Source of the DNA: a virus
Reading direction: 5' to 3' (one strand)
IMG/VR virus record: IMGVR_UViG_3300010370_005113
Location: 6,919-70,918 of that record
DNA: 64,000 bases
Both the position numbers and the translations under genes were made by a program. How positions within the stretch are numbered: the stretch's first letter is position 1; every line of letters starts with the position of its first letter. The notes beneath the pieces were generated by a model. It was not told where the DNA came from. It made no database searches and was given only the letters and a program-made list of their open reading frames with translations. This document shows positions 17,901-28,171 of this stretch, piece after piece.

Positions 17901-20900
17901 AGACAATCCAAAATCAGACCCTCAAGCAGCAACTTCATTCGCCGTACCTGATACAATTGGAAAAGTTGTTGTTAACGAACCACAGTATTCAGTTACAAAG
18001 GAAAATCTAACCAAACAATTAGTTGATACTGGTGTTGGTGTTGGATTAACTCAGTTTGCATCAAATTCTGTTGGAACAGCACAAACATTCTACACAAGTA
18101 TCGACCACGGATTTAATAGAATTACTGGTCTTACAATTACGAGTGCTGGTACAAACTATGTTAATGGAAACTACTATAATGTAAATCTTGTTGGGTTTGC
18201 TGGTTCTACAACAGGTTCTCATGCAACTGCAAGAGTTACTGTTAGTGGTGGTGCTATTACTTCTGTTAAGATTATTGATGGTGGTAGTGCATATGGAATT
18301 GGAAATACACTTGCAGTAGTAGGTGTCGCAACAACAACTGGAAACACCGCTGCATATCTGACTGTAAGTTCGATTTACAATAACATTGGAGATACTTTAA
18401 GTGTTGAAGGTGTAAGTCCAAGCACTTATGTTGGTTATAACAACCTCTATAGAATTACTGCAGTTAATGGTCCAAAAGAAATTTTGGTTGCATCTGCTTC
18501 CACAATTTCTCCCGCTGCTGTTGCTGGTGTAGGTGTAACTATTGCATCCACAGCGAATGTAATTCTTACTGGAAGAACTCTGAATGTTTATTCTCTGTCT
18601 CATGATAACACCGCTGGAGTTGCAACAGTAACTACAGTTCAAACTCACGGGCTTCAGGTAGATAACAAGGTTCGTCTTGGTGGTGCAAACGATGACTTCT
18701 TTAATGGAGATTTTGTAATCAAGAAAGTTGGTACAACAACTTCATTCACAATTAACACAGGAACAAGGTCCTCTGCACCTTCCACTTCTGGAACCATCTT
18801 TGTTTATTCTCCTGCCTACACTTCAACGGGTGGAAATGTTTTACCTGCAACAGAAAACAACTCTGGTCGTTTGATTACTGAATACGCAGGCATTACAACA
18901 ACACTTTCTGCTGCAACAGGAGTATTAGATACAACAATTTCAATTTCAAACGTTACAAACTTTGATTTCAACGTTGGTGATTATTTGATTGTTGATAATG
19001 AGATTATGAGAATTCAGTCAGCAGTTACAGGTAACCCTGTTTCTGTATTCCGTGGATTACTTGGAACGAGAACAGTTGCTCATAATTCCGGAGTGGTTGT
19101 AAGAAGAATTAAACCACGTCCAATTGAACTCCGTAGAAATTCACTCATTCGTGCATCTGCTCATACATTTGAGTATCTTGGTTATGGTCCTGGTAATTAT
19201 TCAACTGCATTCCCAGAGAGACAGGATAGAAATCTAAGTCCTCAAGAGGAACTATTAGCACAATCAACCAAAACTGATGGTGGTATTGCAATCTTCACTG
19301 CAATGAATGCTGATGGTGACTTCTATACTGGTAATAAGAAAGTCAACTCTGCAACAGGTCAAGAAGAAGTATTTGATGCTCCAATTCCAACTGTAACTGG
19401 AGAGGACCCTGGTGTTGGTGGAATTAATATTGGATTTGATGTTCTTACCCCACTTGAAGCATCAATCAGTCGTTCATTAAGAGTTGAAGGTGGACCTGAT
19501 GGAAACATTGTAAGTGAATTTGATGGTCCTGTTATTTTTAATAGTAAGATTACCTCAACATCATCAAAGGGTATTGAAGCAAACTCTTTATTCTTACAGG
19601 GAGATACAACAGTTTCCAGAAAATATACTGTGGGAATTTCAACTCCTGTTCTTGCAGGAAACCCGGGTGATATTCAATATAATGCAGTTCCTATTAGTGG
19701 GGACTACATTGGTTGGGTTTATACCAATAATAATCAATGGGAAGAGTTTGGTTATATTGGAGATGCAACTATTCAAGGAGTTGGTATTTCCTCTGGTGGC
19801 TCTTATGTTGGTTTCTCAACACTGGTCAATTTCCAATCTGGTTTGGGTGCAACAATTACCAGTTCTCATGATAGTGCAAGTGGAATTACAACTCTGACTT
19901 TCCAAGCAAGTCCTTTAAATGTTGGTGTATCAACAGGACTTGGTTTAAATAAAACATTTGCTGGTATTGCAACTGAAATTAACTTTGTTGGATATGGTAT
20001 CACAATTTCTGCAGTTTATAATTCAGCAGGAATTGCAACGGTAACCTTTGATGGAACCGCTGGTGGTGGTTCAGGAGTTCCTGGACTTCCTGTTAACTCC
20101 GTTCAATACAATGATAATGGTTTCTTCCGTGGAAGTTCCGGATTTACTTTTAATGGTACAAATGTTGAACTTAATAGCTCTTCTTCCAGTGCATTATTAC
20201 GTATCATTCAAAACGGAACTGGAAATGCACTTCAAGTAGAAGATGCTGCAAGTGATACAACTCCATTTGTAATTGCAAATGATGGTTCTGTTGGAATTGG
20301 AAGTCAAACACCAACAGCAAAAGTTGAAATTATTGCAGCAACTCAAGAAGCACTTCATATTAAATCAACAAGTGGTTCTGGAAATATTGTAAGAGTTGAT
20401 AATACTGCATCAGATACAACCCCATTCATTGTTGATATTAATGGAAATGTTGGTATCAATACTGTAACTGCAATTGCTGCATTTGATGTAGTTGGAAATG
20501 CTGCTATTACAGGTGCAGTAAGAGTTTATAACAGCAATAGAAATTTCTACGTAGGACTTCAACCACCTACATTAACTTCTAATGTAACTCTTACACTTCC
20601 TTCTGGTATTGGTGCAACAAACAGTGTTCTCTATACGACTGGTGGTGGTAATTTAGATTGGATTACTCCTGCATCATTGATTGCTCTTGGAATTACAAGC
20701 ACTGATGCACTTGCTGAAGGTTCTAATAATAAGTATTTTACTGACGAAAGAGCACAAGATGCTGTTGGAGCAGCAATCAATGCTGGTATTCAAACTGGTC
20801 TTACCGTTACTTATGATGATGCGAACAACCGCATTAATTTTAACGCTGATAATACCGCACCTTATCCATTCACAACTCGTGGATTTAGTATTCCTATATG

Positions 20901-20901
20901 A
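14923..20901 (+). CDS. Large virion structural/fibre protein (1992 aa)
   Basis: IYVDPN...PFKTIQRAL N-terminus typical of cyanophage fibres; Gly/Ser/Thr-rich beta repeats; GATAAATA late promoter at 14884-14891. Confidence 0.8.
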   Translation: MGLSRLDNFLKSVRGTIIYVDPNSIDATDSIENQGNSLTRPFKTIQRALVEASRFSYQRGLDNDRFNKTTIVLYPGDHVVDNRPGWIPDGSNNYRLRSGATSNDFGAWDLTTNFDLSVENNALYKLNSIHGGVIVPRGTSIVGMDLRKTKIRPKYVPNPENDQIERSAVFRVTGGCYFWQFSVLDADPNDVCYKDYTTNQFVPNFSHHKLTAFEYADGVNDVSIDDDFQTYSTNRTDLDMYYEKVGLAYGPASGREIQPDYPSSSLDIQTKIDEYRIVGSRGKEVGITSIRAGDGASSTTTITVTLEEAATEFDVDTPIQIQGVGSAGYDGQYVVFNKVDSTNIQYKVQNAPINPLPTITGSTINIAVDTVTSASPYIFNISMRSVYGMCGLHADGDKASGFKSMVVAQFTGIGLQKDDNAFVKYNSTSGTYGDNTVSGNENIHSDSRARFKPSYENYHIKASNEAYIQVVSVFAIGYANHFLSESGGDQSINNSNSNFGAKSLVASGFRKSAFTRDDVGYITHIIPPKENENTETSIEFLALDVAKTVGTASTNKLYLYNETNEATPPDYVIDGYRIGARENEQLNVLISQSGVSTTYSARIIMPNTQYSGNEVSAEKKFTVGRSNVGVNSITSNVLTLTSNHNFINGETLRVISETGQLPDGLTNNTVYFAITSGTSIVSADQIKLAQTLNDALSDNAITLNSKGGTLSVVSRVSDKKAGDIGHPIQYDSSASQWYVNVATASTERALYNIINSLGTAGLGNATPRSYINRKPDTRSLTDTIYRVRYVIPADSSINARPPIDGYVLQESNTSIGSTNTEVGFLYNPTSATLNNSTQLRNPRYIAGVNWSGGTANIITEIPHDLNVGSQVEIINVKSSNNTTGVANSAYNGTFTVAGISSAKQFSVAVTNDPGTFTNDTSARTTALPYFKKKKTLGTYYIYRSQEIQEYVPGQQDGIYHLLVLNSSNSPSVTPFNELRFSQPVQNLYPQNNRDNPKSDPQAATSFAVPDTIGKVVVNEPQYSVTKENLTKQLVDTGVGVGLTQFASNSVGTAQTFYTSIDHGFNRITGLTITSAGTNYVNGNYYNVNLVGFAGSTTGSHATARVTVSGGAITSVKIIDGGSAYGIGNTLAVVGVATTTGNTAAYLTVSSIYNNIGDTLSVEGVSPSTYVGYNNLYRITAVNGPKEILVASASTISPAAVAGVGVTIASTANVILTGRTLNVYSLSHDNTAGVATVTTVQTHGLQVDNKVRLGGANDDFFNGDFVIKKVGTTTSFTINTGTRSSAPSTSGTIFVYSPAYTSTGGNVLPATENNSGRLITEYAGITTTLSAATGVLDTTISISNVTNFDFNVGDYLIVDNEIMRIQSAVTGNPVSVFRGLLGTRTVAHNSGVVVRRIKPRPIELRRNSLIRASAHTFEYLGYGPGNYSTAFPERQDRNLSPQEELLAQSTKTDGGIAIFTAMNADGDFYTGNKKVNSATGQEEVFDAPIPTVTGEDPGVGGINIGFDVLTPLEASISRSLRVEGGPDGNIVSEFDGPVIFNSKITSTSSKGIEANSLFLQGDTTVSRKYTVGISTPVLAGNPGDIQYNAVPISGDYIGWVYTNNNQWEEFGYIGDATIQGVGISSGGSYVGFSTLVNFQSGLGATITSSHDSASGITTLTFQASPLNVGVSTGLGLNKTFAGIATEINFVGYGITISAVYNSAGIATVTFDGTAGGGSGVPGLPVNSVQYNDNGFFRGSSGFTFNGTNVELNSSSSSALLRIIQNGTGNALQVEDAASDTTPFVIANDGSVGIGSQTPTAKVEIIAATQEALHIKSTSGSGNIVRVDNTASDTTPFIVDINGNVGINTVTAIAAFDVVGNAAITGAVRVYNSNRNFYVGLQPPTLTSNVTLTLPSGIGATNSVLYTTGGGNLDWITPASLIALGITSTDALAEGSNNKYFTDERAQDAVGAAINAGIQTGLTVTYDDANNRINFNADNTAPYPFTTRGFSIPI

Positions 20902-21303
20902 TTATCCTGCTTCTGGGATGACTACGATGTTATGATTACCACAAGTTGCACTAAAGGTCTGTCCAGGAGAAAGCATAAGTTCTGTTGGAAGACCTACTAT
21001 AGGATTAATGTTATCCGCAAGGGGTAAAGCGGCATTTGATGCACTAATGACGCCACTGCCGCCGCCCGACGTGCCGGCAGAAAATCTATACATCGCTGAG
21101 GCTAAGTTTCTTCCAATTGAAAACGTAGAAGTGCTATTCACTGATGCTAATGCGCGTGCATTATTACCCCAGAATAAGTCTAATCGAGTAGTGGATGGAA
21201 GGTCAGCAACTGATTGCATATAATTAATAATCACTCTCACATTCTGACCCGTATTATTAGTATAAGAAACACTACCAGTTCCACTTAAAACTTGAGAAGC
21301 CAT
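20902..21303 (-). CDS. Small putative structural protein (minus strand)
   Basis: 133-aa ORF exactly filling the gap between two + genes; minus-strand CTAAATA at 21329-21335. Confidence 0.7.
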   Translation of the reverse strand: MASQVLSGTGSVSYTNNTGQNVRVIINYMQSVADLPSTTRLDLFWGNNARALASVNSTSTFSIGRNLASAMYRFSAGTSGGGSGVISASNAALPLADNINPIVGLPTELMLSPGQTFSATCGNHNIVVIPEAG

Positions 21304-21328
21304 ATTTACTCTTGAAATACTTTTTTAT

Positions 21329-21348
21329 TATTTAGTTTCTTATAAATA
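21329..21348. promoter_or_regulatory. Back-to-back divergent late promoters
   Basis: TATTTAG (CTAAATA on minus) at 21329-21335 and TATAAATA at 21341-21348. Confidence 0.6.
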
Positions 21349-21378
21349 ACTAAAAAGAAAACAAGGGGAGAGTGAACC

Positions 21379-23838
21379 TTGGCTATCGATAAGAATTTCG
21401 TCGTAAAAAATGGTCTTGAGGTAAATACAAACCTTATTCTTGCAGACGCTAGTAGAAATAAGGTTGGTATTGCAACCACTAATCCACAACACACTCTACA
21501 CGTTAATGGTGGTATTGGTGCAACGAGTTTAGTTGTTACAGGAATTGCAACGTTTCCACAGTTAGTTCTTACAGGAACTGTAAGTGCTGGGAGTTCACTT
21601 GGTTCGGGTGGTCAATATTTAAAAGCAACTGGAAGTGGTGTTGCATGGGATGACTTCCCTGTCGGAAGAACATCAACAACTTTTGTAGCAACAACAGGAC
21701 AAACAACATTTAACTTTGCATACTCTGTTGGTCTTGTTGATGTCTTTATCAACGGAGTTAAATTAACACCATCAGAATTCACAGCAACTGATGCTGTTAC
21801 TGTCGTTCTCGCAGATGCTTGTTTTGGTGGTGAAGTCGTTGATATTCATGCATACTCAGTAAAAGGTCTTGGAGTTGGTGCAACGGGTATTACAGGACTT
21901 ACCGTTCAAGATGAAGGGGTAATTATTGGAAGTCCTCAAGCTGTTACATCACTTAACTTTGTTGGAGCTGCAATTACTGCTTCGGTAACAGGTGCTGGTC
22001 TTACGGTATCCATTATCGACCAATGGGGAGTAACAAATACAGGAATTCATACCTTAAAAAATGTTGGTATAGGAACAACTAATCCAAGATTTGCGTTAGA
22101 AGTTGGACCCGTAGGATATGCAGACACTGCACTATGGGTGAATGGAAATGCAAGAGTTACTGGAATTCTTACCGTTGGTACGGCAAGTATTATTTTAGAT
22201 GGGTCTACAAATACTTTAACTGTACCAAATCTTGTTGTTACAAATTCAACAACAGGAGTAACTGCTTCTGGTGTGGGACTTACCATAAGAGATGGTGGTG
22301 GGGACTTAGGAACAGCATCAATTATTGATTTTGGTGATAATCTCTCAGTAACTTTTGCTTCTGGTATTGCTACTGTTACAGGATCTGCGGGTGGTGGAGG
22401 AACTTCATCTCAGTGGGAAACAACAGCAGCAGGAATTCATACACTTTCAAATGTTGGAATAGGAACCACAAATCCAACTAGCACTCTTACAGTAAAAGGA
22501 AATACTTCTCTTGAGACACTGAATGTTTCTGGTGTTTCTACTTTTACAAATACTATCAATTTAAATGCTGGTAACTTAAAAGTTGCAACTGATGGAATAA
22601 TAAAAGTTGGTAATTCTGATCAATTGGAAATTTATTATAATGGAGGAACTGGACAAACTATAAAGAGCACTGGTGATTTAAGAATACTTACTTCAAGATT
22701 ATTACTTAATGATGCTGCAAACGACGAACAATTAATAGAAGCAAATCAAAATGGTTCAGTTGCACTCTATTATGATAACTCTAAGAAATTTGAAACTCTT
22801 GGTGCTGGTGTAACAGTCACTGGAACTACATTTACAAATCAGTTAAGTGTTTCTGGTGTTTCTACATTTAATAATGCAACTACAGTCAAAGGTGACTTTA
22901 CCATCAGTCAAACTCCAAGTGGAGATCCAACTTTTAAATTAGAAACTACTCCTGGAAATCAAACTAATGCTGGTGGATTTACTCTTGGACCATCTGGATT
23001 TACTTTTGGTTTAGATCCCAATAATTCGGGGCATACATTTGGATGGAATGTAGATACTGGTAATACTGGTTATGGTTATGCCCTTAAAGGATATGGTGGT
23101 TTTAAGTTAAAACTTCAAAATCAACAAACTTTTGGTGGAAATCCTACTACAGATCTTGTAACTATTGTTGATGATGGGAGCACAACTATTGCTGGAAATA
23201 TAAGAGTCGCTGGTATTTCCACTCTTGCTGCTAATGGTGGAATTACAACTACAGGAGGATCTTTATTCGCCAAACAACTAAGTGTTTCTGGTGTTTCTAC
23301 ATTTAATGATAATTTAAATTTACAAAACAATAAAGTAGTTCAATTTGGAGAGCGTCTTAGTATTTCATATAACGTGATAAGTGGTGCATTATTCCAATCA
23401 CTTGGGACTCCAGCAAAAATTAGAGTGAATGGTGGAGAAGATGCATTAGTAGCAAATGAAACCGGTTCGGTAGAACTCTACTACAGTAACTCTAAAAAGT
23501 TTGAAACTCTTGCTACTGGTGCAACTGTTTATGGTACTTTACAATCTCAGGGTCTTCAAGTTTCTGGTATTTCTACCTTCACCAATGGACCTGTATTAGT
23601 AGGTTCAGCAACTTCTACAGGTACTGCAACTCAAAGACTTCAAGTTAGTGGTGGTGCTTATGTTTCTGGTTCTGTCGGTATAGGAACCACAAATCCAACA
23701 GAACAATTAACTGTTCGCGGAGGTGATGTTTCTGTTGGTGTTAGCACGGCTCATGGCGTTATTCTTACATCACCAAATGGAACTCGTTATCGTTTGATTG
23801 TTGCTAATGATGGTACACTCAGCACCACTGCTGTCTAA
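21379..23838 (+). CDS. Tail fibre protein
   Basis: Repeated VGIGTTNP, NSKKFETL and LSVSGVSTF motifs; TTG start after GGGGAG RBS. Confidence 0.8.
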   Translation: MAIDKNFVVKNGLEVNTNLILADASRNKVGIATTNPQHTLHVNGGIGATSLVVTGIATFPQLVLTGTVSAGSSLGSGGQYLKATGSGVAWDDFPVGRTSTTFVATTGQTTFNFAYSVGLVDVFINGVKLTPSEFTATDAVTVVLADACFGGEVVDIHAYSVKGLGVGATGITGLTVQDEGVIIGSPQAVTSLNFVGAAITASVTGAGLTVSIIDQWGVTNTGIHTLKNVGIGTTNPRFALEVGPVGYADTALWVNGNARVTGILTVGTASIILDGSTNTLTVPNLVVTNSTTGVTASGVGLTIRDGGGDLGTASIIDFGDNLSVTFASGIATVTGSAGGGGTSSQWETTAAGIHTLSNVGIGTTNPTSTLTVKGNTSLETLNVSGVSTFTNTINLNAGNLKVATDGIIKVGNSDQLEIYYNGGTGQTIKSTGDLRILTSRLLLNDAANDEQLIEANQNGSVALYYDNSKKFETLGAGVTVTGTTFTNQLSVSGVSTFNNATTVKGDFTISQTPSGDPTFKLETTPGNQTNAGGFTLGPSGFTFGLDPNNSGHTFGWNVDTGNTGYGYALKGYGGFKLKLQNQQTFGGNPTTDLVTIVDDGSTTIAGNIRVAGISTLAANGGITTTGGSLFAKQLSVSGVSTFNDNLNLQNNKVVQFGERLSISYNVISGALFQSLGTPAKIRVNGGEDALVANETGSVELYYSNSKKFETLATGATVYGTLQSQGLQVSGISTFTNGPVLVGSATSTGTATQRLQVSGGAYVSGSVGIGTTNPTEQLTVRGGDVSVGVSTAHGVILTSPNGTRYRLIVANDGTLSTTAV

Positions 23839-23864
23839 TAAATAAAATATAAGGAACTCCAGAG

Positions 23865-25067
23865 ATGGCGAATAACAGAGAACTATCACAATTTGGAAAT
23901 TATATAACAGTTAATACTGATAAGATTGTTGGTATTAACACAAGTCTTGTAGTTGTTGGAGTTGTTACTGCAAACACATATTATGGAGATGGTTCTAAAC
24001 TCACTGGAATTGCAACAGTAGGTGGAGGAACAACATTAGGACTGACGACAGTTACTGAACTGAATGTAACTGGTATCACATCACTTACCACTCTTAATGT
24101 AAGTGGAGTAACTTCTCTCACAACTTTAAATGTAAGTGGAGTAACTACACTTGGAGTTGTTTCTGCAACATCACTAAACGTAAGTGGAATATCAACATTC
24201 GGTAATATTGTATTAAATCCTGTTGGTATTATCACTGCAGTATCAGGAATTGTAACTTACTATGGTGATGGTTCTAAACTCACTGGAGTAATTTCTGGTG
24301 TTGGTATTAATACTGCTGGTGGAAATGTAGGATACGGGGCAACACTTCTTGATTTCCGTGGTGCTGGTATTTCCACTGTTACTGTTACTTCTGGAATTGC
24401 AACCATTAACATTACTGGGGGTGGTGGAGGTGCATCAGTATCCATTAGTACAGTAGCACCAGTATCTCCAGTAGCAGGAGATTTATGGTATAATAATAAT
24501 CTAGGTAGAACCTTCATTTACTATGATGAGGTCGCAGCAGGCATTGGTGCAACTGCAGTCTGGGTTGATGCTGCTCCATTTAATGTTGGTGTTATCACTT
24601 CACTGACGAATGTATCTTTTAATCCAGGAAGTGCATCATCACCAAGCATTTACTTTATCGGTGACGTTCAAACTGGTTTCTTCTCACCAGCACTAGGAGA
24701 AATTACATTCGTATCAGCAGGTTCTTCAGTCCTGAATGTAAATGCTAATGGTATTGTTGTAACTGGAGTAACAACATCTACCGATTTTAACTCAAGTTCT
24801 GATGCAAGTCTCAAGAAAGATATTGTAACCATTCCAAATGGATTAGAACTTGTAGAAAAACTTCGTGGTGTTAATTTTACTTGGATTGCCGATGATAGAC
24901 CTTCTGCTGGTGTAATCGCTCAAGAAGTTGAAGAAGTTCTTCCACAAATCGTTGGGGGAGATGTTCATAAGGCAGTAAATTATAACGGTCTCATTGGTGT
25001 TCTTATTGAAGCAGTGAAGGAACTCTCTGCAGAAGTTAAAGAACTTAAGGACCAACTAAATAAGTAA
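23865..25067 (+). CDS. Tail fibre protein with C-terminal peptidase S74 intramolecular chaperone
   Basis: SSDASLKKDI...LRGVNFTW...GVIAQEVEEVLP...VNYNGLIGVLIEAVKEL. Confidence 0.88.
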   Translation: MANNRELSQFGNYITVNTDKIVGINTSLVVVGVVTANTYYGDGSKLTGIATVGGGTTLGLTTVTELNVTGITSLTTLNVSGVTSLTTLNVSGVTTLGVVSATSLNVSGISTFGNIVLNPVGIITAVSGIVTYYGDGSKLTGVISGVGINTAGGNVGYGATLLDFRGAGISTVTVTSGIATINITGGGGGASVSISTVAPVSPVAGDLWYNNNLGRTFIYYDEVAAGIGATAVWVDAAPFNVGVITSLTNVSFNPGSASSPSIYFIGDVQTGFFSPALGEITFVSAGSSVLNVNANGIVVTGVTTSTDFNSSSDASLKKDIVTIPNGLELVEKLRGVNFTWIADDRPSAGVIAQEVEEVLPQIVGGDVHKAVNYNGLIGVLIEAVKELSAEVKELKDQLNK

Positions 25068-25086
25068 AAGCCGAGTGTAAACGAAG

Positions 25087-27015
25087 ATGGCTATTAAGAT
25101 TAATAATACCACTGTTATTGATGATAACAGGAATGTACAAAACGTTGGTGTTTTAACAGTAACCACGTCAGCAGTTGTAGGGTCTGCAGTTACTGTTAAT
25201 TCTTCTGGTATTAATGTTGCGGGAGTTGTAACTGCAACAAGTTTTGTTGGAGACGGAAGTAATTTAACTGGTATTGCTGCAGGTGGTGGAGGAAGTTTTA
25301 ATACAAACATCAGTGCTTCTAGTGGAAGTCCTGTAACCACTTCAATGGCGAATGTTTATGCTGCTCCTGGTCCTACTCCTGTTTTTCTTGTTTGGGGTAC
25401 AAATAGTAATGGACAATTAGGACAAAATACTACAACATATCAATCATCACCAGTACAAATTCCAGGAACCACATGGAGTTCTATAAGTGGTAGTGGTGAT
25501 CATTCATTAGCAACCAAAACTGATAATACTTTATGGTCATGGGGTTATAACAATCGAGGTCAATTAGGACAAAATAATAGAACACGATATTCATCACCAG
25601 TACAAATACCAGGAACCACATGGAGTTCTATAAGTGGTGGACAACAATATTCATTAGCAACCAAGACTGACGGAACACTGTGGGCATGGGGTAGTAATCA
25701 AAATGGACAACTAGGACAAAATACTACAACTGATCGTTCATCACCAGTACAAATACCAGGAACCACCTGGAGTTCTATCAGTGGTGGTAATAGTTTTTCA
25801 TTAGCAACGAAAACCGATGGAACCTTATGGTCATGGGGTTTTAATAGTATCGGACAACTAGGACAAAATAATGCAGGCACCGGTGGCGGTGGTGGAGATA
25901 CCAACAGTTATTCATCACCAGTTCAAGTTCCAGGAACCACATGGAGTTCTATAAGTGGTGGTAATGGTTATTCTTTAGCAATCAAAACTGATAATACTTT
26001 ATGGATATGGGGTGATAATGGTAATGGGCAATTAGGACAAAATAATAGAATAGATCGCTCATCACCAGTACAAATACCAGGAACCACATGGAGTTCTATA
26101 AGTGGTGGCGGTAGCCTTTCATTAGCAAAAAAAACCGATGGGACCTTATGGTCATGGGGTCTTGGTACTTCGGGACAATTAGGAATAAACGTTACAACAA
26201 GTCGTTCATCACCAGTTCAAATACCAGGAACCACATGGAGTTCTATCAGTGTTGATGCTGTTTATTCATCAGCAACCAAAACTGATGGAACTTTATGGGC
26301 ATGGGGTCGTAATCAAAATGGACAACTAGGACAAAATAATGCAACATATTATTCATCACCAGTCCAAATACCGGGAGTTACATGGAGTTCTCTAGGTACT
26401 GGTGCTGATCATTCCTTAGCAGTTAAATCCAACACTGGTATTACAACATCAAATGCAAGATTTATTGTTCACTCAATTCATGTAACAAATATTGATGGAA
26501 CCACAAGTGCTGATATCAGTGGTCAAATGTATGGTGAATATTCTATTGCAAATACCATTCCAGTTCCTGCAGGTTCTTCTGTTGAACTTCTTAAGCAACC
26601 TAAGGTTCTCAATCCAGAAGGTGTAATTCAACTTCAAGCAAGTGCAACAAATAGTCTACATGCAACTATCACAGTTGAACAAAAACTTAATGATACGACT
26701 TATGTTGGTGTAGGAACTGATATTACTACAGCAGCAACTTATACTGACCTTTGGACTGCAACAGCAAACTCAATGCTTCAGGGTATTCTTCTTGCAAATG
26801 ATGATGGAACTGCAGATGTAAAAGCAAGAGTTGTGTGGACTGATGGAAGTAATAATATTCAAGGATATTATGCTTATGATATGACCATTCCTGCTGATGC
26901 GACAGTAGAAGTACTTGAACAACCGAAGTATCTTCCAAATGGATATAAGGTTCGTGTTTATGCAAACCAAGCAAACAGATTAGAAGCTATCTTATCTGCT
27001 AGAACCATCGCTTGA
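25087..27015 (+). CDS. Fibre-associated protein with inserted 7-blade RCC1/BLIP-II propeller
   Basis: Seven SSPVQ-containing repeats between a GDGSNLTG fibre motif and two tandem C-terminal beta domains. Confidence 0.85.
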   Translation: MAIKINNTTVIDDNRNVQNVGVLTVTTSAVVGSAVTVNSSGINVAGVVTATSFVGDGSNLTGIAAGGGGSFNTNISASSGSPVTTSMANVYAAPGPTPVFLVWGTNSNGQLGQNTTTYQSSPVQIPGTTWSSISGSGDHSLATKTDNTLWSWGYNNRGQLGQNNRTRYSSPVQIPGTTWSSISGGQQYSLATKTDGTLWAWGSNQNGQLGQNTTTDRSSPVQIPGTTWSSISGGNSFSLATKTDGTLWSWGFNSIGQLGQNNAGTGGGGGDTNSYSSPVQVPGTTWSSISGGNGYSLAIKTDNTLWIWGDNGNGQLGQNNRIDRSSPVQIPGTTWSSISGGGSLSLAKKTDGTLWSWGLGTSGQLGINVTTSRSSPVQIPGTTWSSISVDAVYSSATKTDGTLWAWGRNQNGQLGQNNATYYSSPVQIPGVTWSSLGTGADHSLAVKSNTGITTSNARFIVHSIHVTNIDGTTSADISGQMYGEYSIANTIPVPAGSSVELLKQPKVLNPEGVIQLQASATNSLHATITVEQKLNDTTYVGVGTDITTAATYTDLWTATANSMLQGILLANDDGTADVKARVVWTDGSNNIQGYYAYDMTIPADATVEVLEQPKYLPNGYKVRVYANQANRLEAILSARTIA

Positions 27016-27027
27016 TAGGAGGATATT

Positions 27028-28137
27028 ATGCCGACAACTAGAAGAGGTGTATGGGATTTACAACAGGTAAGAGACCAATATCTTGCTGGTGAGTGGGAAC
27101 AAATTAATCAATTATGGTCCTGGGGTCAAAATAGTTCTGGACAATCAGGACAAAATAATACAACACAATATTCATCACCAGTACAAATATCAGGAACTAC
27201 ATGGAGTTCTATAACAGGTAGTATAATACACTCATTAGCAACTAAAACTGATGGAACTCTGTGGGCATGGGGATCTGGGGCAAATGGAAGAATGGGTCAA
27301 AATGATACAGTACAATATTCATCACCAGTACAAATACCAGGAACAAATTGGAACAGAATTAATTCTATTGGAGGGAACAGTATAGCAACCAAAACCGATG
27401 GAACTTTATGGACATGGGGCGCTAATAACGGAGCACTAGGACAAAATACCACAACATCACAGTCATCACCAGTTCAAGTTCCAGGAACTACATGGAGTTC
27501 AATTGATGCTGGTAACGGTTATTCATTAGCAACCAAAACTGATGGAACTTTATGGGGGTGGGGCCTTAATCAATTTGGAGAGTTAGGACAAACTAATACA
27601 ACAAGATATTCATCACCAGTACAAATACCAGGAACTACATGGAGTTTTGTGAGTTCTGGACGAGATAATTCATCAGCAACCAAAACTGATGGAACTTTAT
27701 GGTCATGGGGACAAAACGCTTATGGACAACTAGGACAAAATAATACAACACAATATTCATCACCAGTGCAAATTCCAGGAACCACATGGAGTTCTATAAG
27801 TGCTGGGTATAGACATAATTTAGCAACTAAAACTGATGGAACCTTATGGTCATGGGGGTATAATAATTCTGGTGGATTAGGACAAAATAATCTAACATAT
27901 CGTTCATCTCCAGTACAAATACCAGGAACCACATGGAGTTCTATAAGTGCTGCAGATAGAAATTCATTAGCAACCAAGACTGATGGAACCTTATGGTCAT
28001 GGGGTCGTAATATTGTTGGAGAATTGGGACAAAATAATCTAACATATCGTTCATCTCCGGTACAAATACCAGGAACCACATGGAGTTTTATTGGTGGTTA
28101 TAATCATTCATTAGCAATCAAATCTCTCATCAACTAA
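27028..28137 (+). CDS. RCC1/BLIP-II repeat protein (7 blades) with short GVWxL N-terminal peptide
   Basis: Seven ATKTDGTLWxWGxNxxGQLGQN...SSPVQIPGTTW-type repeats; AGGAGG RBS. Confidence 0.9.
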   Translation: MPTTRRGVWDLQQVRDQYLAGEWEQINQLWSWGQNSSGQSGQNNTTQYSSPVQISGTTWSSITGSIIHSLATKTDGTLWAWGSGANGRMGQNDTVQYSSPVQIPGTNWNRINSIGGNSIATKTDGTLWTWGANNGALGQNTTTSQSSPVQVPGTTWSSIDAGNGYSLATKTDGTLWGWGLNQFGELGQTNTTRYSSPVQIPGTTWSFVSSGRDNSSATKTDGTLWSWGQNAYGQLGQNNTTQYSSPVQIPGTTWSSISAGYRHNLATKTDGTLWSWGYNNSGGLGQNNLTYRSSPVQIPGTTWSSISAADRNSLATKTDGTLWSWGRNIVGELGQNNLTYRSSPVQIPGTTWSFIGGYNHSLAIKSLIN

Positions 28138-28171
28138 AATTCATAAATAACTAAAAGTACACTTCACAGTC

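Noticed and set aside
19514-19897. 127-aa alternative-frame ORF in the large fibre gene
   Set aside because: Leu/Val-rich shifted-frame by-product of biased codon usage; no support as a gene.
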